NCBI GenBank assembly: GCA_034722775.1
Contig: JAYEOH010000027.1
Location: forward strand, 19,595-57,389
DNA from: Campylobacterota bacterium
Lineage (GTDB): Bacteria; Campylobacterota; Campylobacteria; Campylobacterales; Sulfurovaceae
Reading direction: 5' to 3'
Length of the DNA stretch: 37,795 bases
The notes beneath the pieces are model-generated. The model was given only the letters and a program-made list of their open reading frames with translations. It was not told the DNA's origin and made no database searches. The position numbers and the translations under genes were made by a program. This document shows positions 16,275 through 25,621 of the stretch, one piece after another; the stretch's first letter is position 1, and the number at the start of each line of letters is the position of its first letter.

Positions 16275-16957
16275 TATTGCACACCCTCATTCATCGCATC
16301 TGCCAGACTTGAATGTGACTTCAACATATCACCTTCACCAAAGTCACCCTGGAAAGTGTTGGCTACAGCTGTATCGATCTTTGCCTGTGGCGCATGACAT
16401 TGAGAGCAGTTAAAGCGTCCGTTGTTAAGTGTTTCACTTTTTTCTGCTTTGGCAATAAGAACATCACTGGTATTACTCGCTGCCATCTCTTTGCCCTCTT
16501 TCATAACCTTGTCACCATCTATGACAGTTTTTGGCCTATAGTCAGTGAAGTGTGAAGCAGGTATATGTGTAGCATTCATCTTCATCTCCACAGCCGCTTT
16601 TGGCATATGGCAACCGACACATTGATTGTTGCTTTGCGTAATAGGGAGGAGTCCCTCTACGCTATGCGGTATCATTGGCGGCGCATTGACAAATGCTCTC
16701 TCGAACCTTTTAGAGGCACCCGGTGCCGGTCTTTCGTAATCTGCCTTCACGCCTTCTGTATCTTTTGCTTCACTGTAAAGGTCCGTTTTTCTAAGCCCGA
16801 AAACCTTTTCTGCAATCTCTTTCTTACTGCCCAGATTCTCTTTATCAATTCTGGCAGTGTCACTTGCCTTGTCATTGATATTCACTACATCTGCCGCATA
16901 AAGGCTTGAGCCTGCAAGCAGTGCACCCAATGCAATTAACTTTATAACTTTTGTCAT
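16274..16957 (-). CDS. napB: NapB, dihaem cytochrome c subunit of periplasmic nitrate reductase
   Basis: Signal peptide plus two CxxCH motifs (CVGCH, CSQCH). AAGGAG RBS. Positioned after napH. Confidence 0.9.
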   Translation of the reverse strand: MTKVIKLIALGALLAGSSLYAADVVNINDKASDTARIDKENLGSKKEIAEKVFGLRKTDLYSEAKDTEGVKADYERPAPGASKRFERAFVNAPPMIPHSVEGLLPITQSNNQCVGCHMPKAAVEMKMNATHIPASHFTDYRPKTVIDGDKVMKEGKEMAASNTSDVLIAKAEKSETLNNGRFNCSQCHAPQAKIDTAVANTFQGDFGEGDMLKSHSSLADAMNEGVQ

Positions 16958-16974
16958 TTCTTCTCCTTTGATAT

Positions 16975-17778
16975 TTACTTTTTCGTAAAATTTCTAATAC
17001 TGAAACCTAAAGCATCATCATCACAGACATCGACACAGCGACCACAATTGGTACACTCCCCGTCTGTTACTGAAATACTCTCTTTATCTATCATATGCAA
17101 GACCTGATTTTCAGGACACACAATTTTACACTTCATACAAGCCGTACAAGCTTCATGGTCATGTTTGACCCTTATGAGACTTACTGAACCAATGATTGAA
17201 TAGCTTGCTCCCAGAGGACACAAGTGTCCGCACCAGCCATTTTTGACCCCGAAGAGGTCAAAAAGGAATATCGCAACGACTATTGCAATCCCTGCACCAA
17301 AACCAAAGATAATTCCTCTTTGCATAATCGTGATAGGGCTCAGCACTTCAAACGCAGCGACACCCACTACAGCGGAAACAATAAGACCCAGCACCATGAT
17401 CCAATAGCGTGCGCTTCTTTTCATGAAGCGATAGTTCACCTCTTCTTTGTCCAAATTCAGTTTGCGTCTGAGCCAGTTCGCCAGGTCTGTCACCATATTG
17501 ACAGGACATACCCAACTGCAAAAAGCTCTACCGCCTACAATCATATAGAAAAGAGTGATGATCAGCGCCCCCAAAAGTACATCTGCACCCAAAACAAATC
17601 CTGTTGCAAGTACCTGCAGTGTGGTATAAGGGTCAGCCAATGGAATAACACCAAAGAGACGAGAGGCACCGAAAGTACCCTCCAGCATATGCCAACCATA
17701 GGCATTTGCACCAAAATAAAGCACCAAAAGTGTTATCTGACTTACTCTTCTCAGGAGTAGGTATTTCATATTTTTCAT
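16975..17778 (-). CDS. napH: NapH, membrane-bound quinol-oxidising Fe-S protein
   Basis: Four TM helices, the CxxCP motifs CSWVCPV and CGHLCPLG, and two C-terminal ferredoxin motifs (CTACMKCKIVCP, CTNCGRCVDVC). Confidence 0.9.
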   Translation of the reverse strand: MKNMKYLLLRRVSQITLLVLYFGANAYGWHMLEGTFGASRLFGVIPLADPYTTLQVLATGFVLGADVLLGALIITLFYMIVGGRAFCSWVCPVNMVTDLANWLRRKLNLDKEEVNYRFMKRSARYWIMVLGLIVSAVVGVAAFEVLSPITIMQRGIIFGFGAGIAIVVAIFLFDLFGVKNGWCGHLCPLGASYSIIGSVSLIRVKHDHEACTACMKCKIVCPENQVLHMIDKESISVTDGECTNCGRCVDVCDDDALGFSIRNFTKK

Positions 17779-18605
17779 TAGTACTCTACCTCCATATTCA
17801 GATAATCAGAAGCCTCTTTTTCGCTTCGTATATTCTTGGTTTGTATCTCTTTGGCATCTTTGACACGCTCCTGGTCTTTTTTGTCCCAGCCTTTGACATA
17901 GTGGCTGCCGGCTTTTCCCGTAGAGTATTCTATAGGAAGTACAAAGATTGCGGGTTCCTCTGTCACACACGCTATTTCACAGAGTCCGCATCCTGTACAG
18001 ACATCGGATTGAACGATAGGAAGTAAAAATGCGTGTTTCCCTGTTCTATCATTTTTCGCATACTCCAGAGTGATTGCCTCATCCAAGAGAGGACAAGCCC
18101 TGTAGCAAGCATCACACTGTATGCCCCAAAAGGCAATGCACGACTCTTTATGTACTACAGCCAATCCCATTCTGGATCTATCGATATCAAGCTCACCTTT
18201 CTCATCCGAGACAGAAGCCTGATCCAGAGCGCCCGATGGACACACCGGAACACAAGGAATATCTTCACACATATAGCAAGGAACCTCCGTAGGAATAAAA
18301 AAGGGCGTGCCGATCATACGATTGTCACCACCCTTTGCCATTTTGAGTGTTCCCGGCCTTGGTTTTCCTGTCTCTCTGTCTATGTTGCTATCACGATTGA
18401 CGCACGCCTCGGCACAGAGTCCGCACTTGATGCACGCCTTGAGGAAATCTTCCTCTGCTATTGCGCCCGGTGGCCTGAGTACCAATGGTGATGCTTTCAC
18501 CTCGTCGCTATAACCGCTCCACAACAATCCACCAAGCGCTGTAAGGCCTACACTTTGAAGGGTTGTCGCCATGAACTTTCGTCTATTGTTGTCAGAGTCA
18601 GCCAT
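17778..18605 (-). CDS. napG: NapG, periplasmic poly-ferredoxin
   Basis: Tat signal NRRKFMATTLQSVGLTALGG and four [4Fe-4S] CxxCxxCxxxC(P) motifs. Confidence 0.9.
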   Translation of the reverse strand: MADSDNNRRKFMATTLQSVGLTALGGLLWSGYSDEVKASPLVLRPPGAIAEEDFLKACIKCGLCAEACVNRDSNIDRETGKPRPGTLKMAKGGDNRMIGTPFFIPTEVPCYMCEDIPCVPVCPSGALDQASVSDEKGELDIDRSRMGLAVVHKESCIAFWGIQCDACYRACPLLDEAITLEYAKNDRTGKHAFLLPIVQSDVCTGCGLCEIACVTEEPAIFVLPIEYSTGKAGSHYVKGWDKKDQERVKDAKEIQTKNIRSEKEASDYLNMEVEY

Positions 18606-18609
18606 TTAG

Positions 18610-21441
18610 TTACGCCTTATAGATCTTCACTGCACACTTCTTGAAGTCAGTCTGCTTAGACATTGGACAAGTAGCATCAAGACACACTTTATTGATAAAG
18701 ACTTTCTCATCGAACCAAGGTACAAATACCAAGCCCCGAGCAGGTCTGTTACGACCTCTAGTCTCAACTCTTGCTTTGACTTTACCTCTTCTTGACTCTA
18801 CCCATGCAAGCTCTCCTCTCTTGAGGTCTTTCGCTTTTGCATCATCCGGATGCATATAGCAAAGCGCTTCAGGAACAGCACGGAATAGCTCAGGAACTCT
18901 CATCGTCATCGTACCTGAATGCCAGTGCTCAAGTACACGACCTGTACATAACCAGGTATCATAATTCTTATCCGGCATTTCCGGCGGATCCATGTATGGT
19001 CTCGCAAAGATCTTCGCTTTGTCTTTCAGCGCTTTTTTGCCCAATTTCTTATCTGGACCTTTCAAGCTGCCCTGGAGAAGGTTTTTCGCCAACCCTCCAT
19101 AGAATGCATGCGTACTGCCATTTCCGGATGCCTTAACTGCTTTTGCAGCATAAGGGTCATACTTCGCATTAAATCTCCACTGTGTCTCTTTACCGTCAAC
19201 AACAGGCCACTTAAGTCCTCTTACCTTATGGTAAACTTCAAATGGTGCCAAGTCATGCGCATGACCTCTGCCGAAGAACGCATAGTCTTCAAAGAGATAC
19301 TCATGGATCATAAATCCATACCCTTTCCATGCTTTGCCATCTGAACCTTCAACATTTCTGCTGTCACCACGCGATTCAGTATCATCATATCCTGCCTGTG
19401 GGAATTTATCATTCAGCTTATACGACTTAGCTTTTTCGTTTCCAAATAGAATTTCATACATAGTCGTATCTTCTTTGTAACCCATCTTCTTGGCATCAGC
19501 GATTACATTTGGAAGTTTTTTAGGTTTTCCATCTTTGGTTTTGCCTCTTAGCGGCTGCTCGCCCCAGAGATCTTTCACGGTAAATCTCTTGGAGAACTCA
19601 ACCCACTGCCATGTATCTGACATAGAGTCACCTACCGGAAGTACCTGCTGTCTCCAGTGCTGTGTTCTTCTCTCTGCATTTCCGTATGCTCCCCACTTCT
19701 CATAGATCATAGCCGTAGGAAGAACCAAGTCAGAAACTTTCGCTGAAATACCCGGATAGCCGTCAGAAGTTACGATGAAGTTGTCCATCTCTCTAGCTGC
19801 CTTGATCCAGTGAGAAGCTGAGGCAGTATCCATATAAGGGTTACAGACATTTACCCATGCAAACTTCACAACACCATCTTCAATATCTCTATGGATCTTC
19901 ATAATGTGCTGGTTGCCTACCGGATTCAGAGTACCTGCAGGGATTTTCCAATGCTTCTCGGTAATAGCTCTGTGCTTAGGATTTTTGACCATCATATCTG
20001 CCGGGAGTCTGTGACAGAATGTACCTACTTCTCTAGCTGTACCACAGGCAGAAGGCTGCCCTGTAAGGGAAAATGCTCCATTACCCGGAAGTGCTTGCTT
20101 GTTGAGCAGGAAGTGAACATTGTATGAAAGTGTATTGACCCAGGTACCTCTGGTGTGCTGGTTCATACCCATTGTCCAGAATGAAACGACTTTTCTTCCT
20201 TTTTCAACATAAAGATCTGCAAGTCCCTGGAGTTTTTTCTTGAACTCTTCAATATCCTCGTCCGGATCACCTTTAGAAATTTTTGCCACATAATCAAGTG
20301 TGTAAGGTGCTAGAGATTTTTTATAATCTTCAAAAGAGATGTGCCAGTGCTTGAGTGTGCCCGGAGTGTGCTCCATTGTATCACCGGCTTTTATGCCATA
20401 AGGCTCAAGCGAAGGCCCCTCTTTTTCTGAAACTGTTGTCTTCATCTCTTTCTTGATAGTCTCCATCTCAAGATCTGTATACTTGCCGTCTTTGAGTGAT
20501 TTTTCGCCTGCTCTTCTCATACCATAACCGATATTGACCGGTCCGGCTGTGAAGACGATATTCTTCTTGACGAAATCCCAATCAATTGACTCTGGATGAT
20601 TGTAAACAATCTCATGGGCTATATAGTTCCAAATTGCCAAGTCAGTTTGTGGAGAGAAGATAATATTGATATCACCGATATCACATGTTCTATGTGTATA
20701 GGTCTGAATATTAACGATTTTTACTTTTTCCGGATTTGAGAGTTTTCTATCTGAAACTCTTGACCAGAGGATCGGGTGCATCTCTGCCATGTTTGAACCC
20801 CAGGTAACGATAGTATCTGTAATCTCGATATCATCATAACAGCCTGAAGGCTCATCCACACCAAAGGTCTGATAGAAACCGACAACCGCAGATGCCATAC
20901 AGTGTCTGGCATTAGGGTCAATCGCATTTGAACGGAATCCACCCTTCATCATTTTCTGAGCTGCAACACCCTCCATGACTGTATATTGACCAGATGCAAA
21001 TACTGCCACACCCTCAGGACCACTTGCCTTAATTGCTTTCTTGGCATGCTTCTCCATCTCATCAAATGCACGCTCCCAGCTGACAGGCTTGAATTTACCT
21101 TTTTTGTCAAACTCACCTTTTGCATTCATTCTCAAAAGTGGAGTTTTAAGTCTATCCGCACCATACATGATCTTCGCATTAAAATAACCCTTAATACAGT
21201 TAAGCCCTCTGTTTACCGGTGCCGCAGGGTCACCCTTGACCGCTACGATTTTACCGCCTTTGGTTGCAAGCATAATCCCGCATCCCGTACCGCAGAAACG
21301 ACAAGCTGCCTTGTCCCATCTCCAATCTTGCTGCGCAGCCTCTGCTGCTGCATTTAGATTGGATGGAACAGCAATCCCTACTGCACCAGCCGCAGATGCT
21401 GCCGCTGCACTTTTAAGAAATTCTCTTCTATTCAAAGCCAT
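18610..21441 (-). CDS. napA: NapA, periplasmic nitrate reductase catalytic (Mo-bisMGD) subunit
   Basis: Tat signal [19 protein letters not shown] and N-terminal [4Fe-4S] motif CRFCGTGCG. 943 aa. The start is set at ATG 21441 with a GGAGGAAG RBS. The 19 upstream codons of the track ORF precede the RBS. Confidence 0.97.
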   Translation of the reverse strand: MALNRREFLKSAAAASAAGAVGIAVPSNLNAAAEAAQQDWRWDKAACRFCGTGCGIMLATKGGKIVAVKGDPAAPVNRGLNCIKGYFNAKIMYGADRLKTPLLRMNAKGEFDKKGKFKPVSWERAFDEMEKHAKKAIKASGPEGVAVFASGQYTVMEGVAAQKMMKGGFRSNAIDPNARHCMASAVVGFYQTFGVDEPSGCYDDIEITDTIVTWGSNMAEMHPILWSRVSDRKLSNPEKVKIVNIQTYTHRTCDIGDINIIFSPQTDLAIWNYIAHEIVYNHPESIDWDFVKKNIVFTAGPVNIGYGMRRAGEKSLKDGKYTDLEMETIKKEMKTTVSEKEGPSLEPYGIKAGDTMEHTPGTLKHWHISFEDYKKSLAPYTLDYVAKISKGDPDEDIEEFKKKLQGLADLYVEKGRKVVSFWTMGMNQHTRGTWVNTLSYNVHFLLNKQALPGNGAFSLTGQPSACGTAREVGTFCHRLPADMMVKNPKHRAITEKHWKIPAGTLNPVGNQHIMKIHRDIEDGVVKFAWVNVCNPYMDTASASHWIKAAREMDNFIVTSDGYPGISAKVSDLVLPTAMIYEKWGAYGNAERRTQHWRQQVLPVGDSMSDTWQWVEFSKRFTVKDLWGEQPLRGKTKDGKPKKLPNVIADAKKMGYKEDTTMYEILFGNEKAKSYKLNDKFPQAGYDDTESRGDSRNVEGSDGKAWKGYGFMIHEYLFEDYAFFGRGHAHDLAPFEVYHKVRGLKWPVVDGKETQWRFNAKYDPYAAKAVKASGNGSTHAFYGGLAKNLLQGSLKGPDKKLGKKALKDKAKIFARPYMDPPEMPDKNYDTWLCTGRVLEHWHSGTMTMRVPELFRAVPEALCYMHPDDAKAKDLKRGELAWVESRRGKVKARVETRGRNRPARGLVFVPWFDEKVFINKVCLDATCPMSKQTDFKKCAVKIYKA

Positions 21442-21575
21442 ATTACTTCCTCCGTAAATTGATTTTTGGTTATACGAATAGAATCCTCTAAAAAACACTA
21501 GACTTCTCTAGCCTTTTTCAGAGGATTCTGAATATAACAACACTACAGTTTAGCACAGAGTCTATTCCATAAAAG

Positions 21576-21589
21576 ATGATTTACATCAA
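21576..21589 (-). promoter_or_regulatory. Crp/Fnr-type palindrome ATGAT-TTAC-ATCAA in the nap promoter
   Basis: 9/10 match to TTGAT-N4-ATCAA. A TAAACT -10-like hexamer (minus strand, 21547-21552) lies 23 nt downstream, giving a class II-like geometry. The site is about 140 nt upstream of the napA ATG. Confidence 0.55.
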
Positions 21590-21700
21590 GAAAAGCGAAA
21601 CTTATCATAATTAGAATATATTCGGCAGCGTTTTAAATTAGAGTAAATTAGTCTTAGATAAATTAAAAAAATGAAGTAGTAAAAGTAGTTAAATTTAGTT

Positions 21701-21726
21701 GATGAAAACAGGAGACTTTATCTCCT
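21701..21726 (-). terminator. possible intrinsic terminator after the DUF59 gene
   Basis: On the minus strand the stem is aggaga-taaag-tctcct (21710-21726), followed by GUUUUCAUC. It lies 22 nt past the stop at 21748. The stem is short (6 bp). Confidence 0.4.
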
Positions 21727-21747
21727 ATTTATTATTCCTGGATTCCG

Positions 21748-22053
21748 CTATCCTGCCAATGCTTTTTTCACATTGTCATCTGCCATTGAAATATTCCATG
21801 CCGGCTCCCAGACCACTTCTACTTCAACTGTGCCGACACCTTCGAGCTTCTCTGTTGCTTCGCCTACCCACTGCTTGATCATCTGATGCAGAGGACAGCC
21901 TTGCGTTGAGAGTGTCATGACGACATGCACATTACAAGCATCATCTACGATGGCATCGTAAATAAGCCCCATCTCTACAAGATTGAAGCCTACTTCCGGG
22001 TCGATCACTGTACTTATGACTTCAAAAACGCTCTCTTTTGTTATAGTACACAT
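21748..22053 (-). CDS. DUF59 (MIP18/SufT-like) Fe-S cluster assembly-associated protein
   Basis: VFEVISTVIDPEVGFNLVEMGLIYD....V.V.MTLS..GCP matches the DUF59 pattern (V.DPE....IV.LGL.......V.V.MTLT...CP). AAGGAA RBS. Confidence 0.8.
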   Translation of the reverse strand: MCTITKESVFEVISTVIDPEVGFNLVEMGLIYDAIVDDACNVHVVMTLSTQGCPLHQMIKQWVGEATEKLEGVGTVEVEVVWEPAWNISMADDNVKKALAG

Positions 22054-22131
22054 TCTATTTTCCTTTTTATTTATTTGTATCGTTACAATTTTGCTTTTAT
22101 CAATATCGGGATAAGGAACCTCCAGCCTGCA

Positions 22132-23367
22132 TTATTTTCCGTACGCCAACATCTTGCTCATAGTGATATATAAAAAAATCGCCCCTGCAAGTAAAAAACT
22201 TGCCCCGCCTTTGAAAAGCGAATCGCTCTCAAACAGCAATCCTGCTCCACCCAGTATTACACCTGATGAAGTAAACCAAAACATCATCGCCGCACCCTTT
22301 TTGGAGTACATTTCATGAAGCATCGGTACTTTCTCTTTCCCGACCAGAGGCGCAAAGCGCTCAAACCATACTAAAAACGGAACGATCTTATAAAGATGCC
22401 CTGTGATGAATGAAGCAATAAACCCCAATACTAAAAACCATACGGAAGCATGAATCATACTCTGCATATCTGTTACAAAATAGAGCAGGCCCAGGATAAT
22501 AGAAAGCGTCAATGCAATAAAGGCAAAGATTATCGATAGTGCCCAGACATCCAACTCTTTTCGTACCGTCAGCTTTGCGATGATATAGATCTGCCACATA
22601 TAAAAGAATATACCTGCTGTATTAACTGCATATCCTATCATCATGAGCCACTCCTGACCAATAAGCGCTCCTATAAAAACAGCGCCTACACCTATAATGA
22701 CCAGTTTAAATGCGATCTTAATCGCTTTCTCATCAAAACCATGTGCAAGCGAGAACATCGGTATCAGGATCAAAGACAACCCTATGATCGTCAAGACTAC
22801 ATACCCGCCAAGAACTGCATAGACATGGGCTTTGAGCATAAGCGATATATTGATTCCCAGATCACCGCTCAAGCCCAAGGCGATCGCAAAACCCGTCAGG
22901 ATACCAATCAGCAAATATCCATTGCTCCATGCGACTGTATCGACTGTCAAAGTTCTGATCTCTGTCTTTTTGAGGGTGGCGATGTTTTCGGAGGCAAAAA
23001 TAAGCATGGCGACAAGCACCAATAGTCCTCCATAAGGAAGCAGTGCAGGCAATAGCCAAAACCCTGCCACCATCATGACTGTACCGATACCAAGAAGCGG
23101 CAAAATAACATAATAGACATCGACCACCACATGGCCTGACTCAAGCACTACCGGGATCAGCTGTGCCATAGCTCCAAAGATGATCATCATGACAAAACCA
23201 AGCAGAAAGAGGTGCATCCATCCTGCTACATCCATCTGCTGATAGTTGAAAGTAGGTTCAAAAAAAAGCAATGCCGCCATGGAGAGCAGATAAAATATCA
23301 CCCCATATCGAAAGAATGGCGAGATAAGTTTGAGCGGTGGAGCAAAGTCACTTGTGATAGAGTTCAT
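22132..23367 (-). CDS. 12-TM integral membrane protein with conserved His-containing helices, possibly NnrS-like
   Basis: 411 aa and almost entirely hydrophobic. It has recurring H-x(3-6)-G-x(7)-G helices (WMHLFLLGFVMMIIFGAMAQLIP, AHVYAVLGGYVVLTIIG, GHLYKIVPFLVW). Its size, topology and DUF2249 neighbour fit NnrS-type NO-response proteins, but the family call is from memory and not verified. Confidence 0.55.
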   Translation of the reverse strand: MNSITSDFAPPLKLISPFFRYGVIFYLLSMAALLFFEPTFNYQQMDVAGWMHLFLLGFVMMIIFGAMAQLIPVVLESGHVVVDVYYVILPLLGIGTVMMVAGFWLLPALLPYGGLLVLVAMLIFASENIATLKKTEIRTLTVDTVAWSNGYLLIGILTGFAIALGLSGDLGINISLMLKAHVYAVLGGYVVLTIIGLSLILIPMFSLAHGFDEKAIKIAFKLVIIGVGAVFIGALIGQEWLMMIGYAVNTAGIFFYMWQIYIIAKLTVRKELDVWALSIIFAFIALTLSIILGLLYFVTDMQSMIHASVWFLVLGFIASFITGHLYKIVPFLVWFERFAPLVGKEKVPMLHEMYSKKGAAMMFWFTSSGVILGGAGLLFESDSLFKGGASFLLAGAIFLYITMSKMLAYGK

Positions 23368-23373
23368 ACACTA

Positions 23374-23715
23374 TCAACCGTCACAACTGCTATCATTCAG
23401 ATTCGCTTTTTCACTCTCTTCTTCTTTGAAAGAAAAGATAAGCTGCACACGGCCATCTTCCATATCTTCTATTTCTATATTATAATTTGCAGCGATTTTT
23501 TCCAATAGTCCGGCCGGTTTTTTATGATTGATCATGATCAGCTTTTTATTGGGTGTGTCTATATGCTTGAGTCCTGCCATTGCATTGACCATTGGATCCG
23601 GAGGTCCGCATTTTGAAGTATCAAACTCAAAAATTTGATCTTCTCCCAGTGTATAAGTAAAAAAAGGAACTGTTGCCCCCATGATCTCGATCGGCTCTCT
23701 GTTTAATTCAGACAT
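23374..23715 (-). CDS. DUF2249 (TusA/SirA-fold) domain protein
   Basis: FEFDTSKCGPPDPMVNAMAGLKHI....KLIMINHKKPAGLLEKIA.....IEDMEDGRVQLIF follows the DUF2249 pattern (D.R...PPEP.......L..L.....L...H...P..L...L...........DG...). AGGAG RBS. Confidence 0.65.
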   Translation of the reverse strand: MSELNREPIEIMGATVPFFTYTLGEDQIFEFDTSKCGPPDPMVNAMAGLKHIDTPNKKLIMINHKKPAGLLEKIAANYNIEIEDMEDGRVQLIFSFKEEESEKANLNDSSCDG

Positions 23716-23767
23716 ATTATCTCCTATTTAATTTTTCTTATTGTAATGACTTATACTTAAGATAATC

Positions 23768-23781
23768 TTGACTAATATCAA
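23768..23781 (-). promoter_or_regulatory. Crp/Fnr-type palindrome TTGAC-TAAT-ATCAA upstream of the DUF2249 operon
   Basis: 9/10 match to TTGAT-N4-ATCAA. A TACAAT -10 (minus strand, 23740-23745) lies 22 nt downstream, which would put the site centre near -41.5. The ATG is at 23715. Confidence 0.55.
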
Positions 23782-23802
23782 TCTTTGTTTATTTTGTCAA
23801 AA

Positions 23803-24369
23803 TTACTTAAAATCTTTTTGAAAATACTCTTCGACCAAAGCATCAAAGTATTTCATACGCTCTTTACCTTTGGGAATCTCTGACCGCAAGCGTTTCATCT
23901 TTTGCAAAAAATCATCCGCAGAATCCGGAATTATCTTTTCAAAATGACGGCGTATCTGCTTTGCAAATGCCGGAGAAGCTCCTCCTGTAGAAAATGCAAC
24001 CGTCAAATCACCCCTTTTCACATAAGATGGAAAGATAAAGTCGCAATAGTCGGTATCGTCCACAGAGTTGACCAATACTCTCGTGCCCCTGCTCTCTTCG
24101 TAGATCGCCTTATGAAGATCAACGGTATCAGTCGCAACGATCACAATGTCAAATCCTTCAATATCTCCTCTCTTATAGAGTCGCTGATAGAGAGTCAGAC
24201 AGTGATCTTTGATCAAACTCTGAGCCTCCGGACTCACCTCTTTGGTTATCACAGTTATCTCTTTGGTGAAATCGACCAATTTCTCCAGCTTCTCTGTCGC
24301 GATCTCGCCGCCGCCCACAAGCAGTACTTTCAAATCACTCATATCCATATACATTGGGAAAAAAGACAT
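23803..24369 (-). CDS. precorrin-2 dehydrogenase / sirohydrochlorin ferrochelatase (SirC / CysG N-terminal domain type)
   Basis: Rossmann motif KVLLVGGGEIATEKL and the typical SirC/Met8p length. I prefer ATG 24369 (AAGGAG 4 nt upstream) to the TTG at 24372. Confidence 0.8.
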   Translation of the reverse strand: MSFFPMYMDMSDLKVLLVGGGEIATEKLEKLVDFTKEITVITKEVSPEAQSLIKDHCLTLYQRLYKRGDIEGFDIVIVATDTVDLHKAIYEESRGTRVLVNSVDDTDYCDFIFPSYVKRGDLTVAFSTGGASPAFAKQIRRHFEKIIPDSADDFLQKMKRLRSEIPKGKERMKYFDALVEEYFQKDFK

Positions 24370-24437
24370 CAAACTCCTTCAGAGGTGCCCTTAGGCTGTC
24401 ACCTTTTGTAATCTATCAAAATTTTAGCATATCTATG

Positions 24438-24451
24438 TTGATATATGTCAA
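24438..24451 (+). promoter_or_regulatory. Crp/Fnr-type palindrome TTGAT-ATAT-GTCAA in the divergent SirC-like / NirDL-like intergenic region
   Basis: 9/10 match to the consensus. A perfect TATAAT at 24473-24478 (+) lies 21 nt downstream, with the ATG at 24508. On the opposite strand, TAGATT (24410-24415) lies 22 nt from the site, so bidirectional use is possible. Confidence 0.6.
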
Positions 24452-24507
24452 CGAATCAGCTTTTAAAACCATTATAATGCATCATATTTCAGATTAATGG
24501 ATCAATC

Positions 24508-25512
24508 ATGCAAGATGAACTTCTCTACCAAATGCAAAACTCGTTTCCTATGGAAGAAAAACCATTTCACACGCTGGCAAAAGAACTCAACACCACTCCC
24601 GAGGAGGTGATAGAGCTGGTGCAAAAGCTCAAGGATGAGAAGATCATCCGGCAAACCTCCGCTATCTTCGATACCAAAAGACTGGGATACAAATCTTCCC
24701 TGGTGGCTTTCAAGGTGGCTGAGGATCAGATTGATAAAGCAGCCGAGATTATCAACCGGCATCCTGGCGTCAGTCACAACTACCTTCGCAACCACGACTA
24801 CAATATCTGGTTTACAATGGCGGTCGCCCCTGATAGCAAATTTGGACTGGAGAAGACGATAGAGATATTGGCAGAACAGACGGGTGCGGAAGATTTCATC
24901 ATTTTGCCTACACTCAAGATGTTTAAGATCTCAGTCAAGATGGATACGACCGGAAAAAGAGCCAGGAAAGAGAAGTTGAAAAAGCTCTCTTTCAAGGAGA
25001 TCAACCTCACGCCTCAGCATATTGCTGTCATCAAAGAGCTGCAAAAGGATATTGAGGTTATTGCTGAACCTTTCAAAAAAGCTGCCGAAAAATTAAATCT
25101 TAGCTATGAAGAATTTTTCAATATTGCCCAAGAGCTCAAGGAGAGTGGCGTAATGCGTCGATTTGCCACTATCCTCAACCATAGAAAAGCAGGTTTTGGT
25201 GCCAATGCCATGAGCGTCTGGGTCGCTCCCGAAGAGAATGCCGAAGAGATCGGCAGAGAGTTAGCAAACTTCTCCGCCGTCAGTCACTGCTACCTCAGAC
25301 CCAGCTACCCCAACTGGAGATACAATCTCTTTGCCATGGTTCATGCCAAAACTCAAGAGGAGTGTGACACACTCATCGCAGAGATGGCAAAAGAGAACGG
25401 ACTAACCGAATATGGCAAACTCTACTCCACTGTCGAATTCAAAAAGCAGAGGATTGTCTATTTTGATGATGCGTTTGAGAAGTGGGAACTACAGGTAATA
25501 AGTAATGAGTAA
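24508..25512 (+). CDS. fused siroheme decarboxylase (NirD/NirL- or NirG/NirH-type, AhbA/AhbB-like, AsnC/Lrp fold)
   Basis: Two tandem homologous halves, each with an N-terminal wHTH followed by H.GVSHNY / F.AVSHCYLR and a W.YNLF.M.H motif. This is characteristic of the haem d1 / alternative haem siroheme decarboxylases. Confidence 0.85.
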   Translation: MQDELLYQMQNSFPMEEKPFHTLAKELNTTPEEVIELVQKLKDEKIIRQTSAIFDTKRLGYKSSLVAFKVAEDQIDKAAEIINRHPGVSHNYLRNHDYNIWFTMAVAPDSKFGLEKTIEILAEQTGAEDFIILPTLKMFKISVKMDTTGKRARKEKLKKLSFKEINLTPQHIAVIKELQKDIEVIAEPFKKAAEKLNLSYEEFFNIAQELKESGVMRRFATILNHRKAGFGANAMSVWVAPEENAEEIGRELANFSAVSHCYLRPSYPNWRYNLFAMVHAKTQEECDTLIAEMAKENGLTEYGKLYSTVEFKKQRIVYFDDAFEKWELQVISNE

Positions 25513-25566
25513 TGAGTCTTGCGCAAGTTATTCTTTCGGCAAGTTTATATCACTATTGAGTTTTAA

Positions 25567-25593
25567 AAGTTGGATTTCATCCAGTTGCCTTTT
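25567..25593 (+). terminator. weak candidate terminator between the convergent NirDL-like and regulator genes
   Basis: The stem is aagttggat-ttc-atccagtt (includes GU pairs), followed by gccuuuu. It is short and imperfect. Confidence 0.3.
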
Positions 25594-25621
25594 GGAACTC
25601 TAAACTCAGAATCCGGAACCC

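Noticed and set aside
17224-18513. Plus-strand ORFs antisense to napH and napG (17224-17760, 18033-18491 and others)
   Set aside because: NapH and NapG are defined by multiple Fe-S motifs and operon context. The antisense frames lack RBSs and motifs.
21442-21498. 19-codon N-terminal extension of napA ([19 protein letters not shown])
   Set aside because: It lies upstream of the GGAGGAAG RBS. A Tat signal must be near the N-terminus, and [10 protein letters not shown] at 21441 satisfies this.
22132-23367. 12-TM protein as nitric oxide reductase NorB or a haem-copper oxidase subunit I
   Set aside because: It is too short (411 aa) and lacks the paired His motifs (HH, H-x-H) and the GHPEVY-type helix VI signature. 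The NnrS-like call is retained only as a tentative label.
23902-24411. 169-aa plus-strand ORF opposite the SirC-like gene
   Set aside because: It is antisense to a gene with a clear Rossmann motif and good RBS. Its own translation is Arg/Cys/His-rich with no motif, and it runs into the promoter region.
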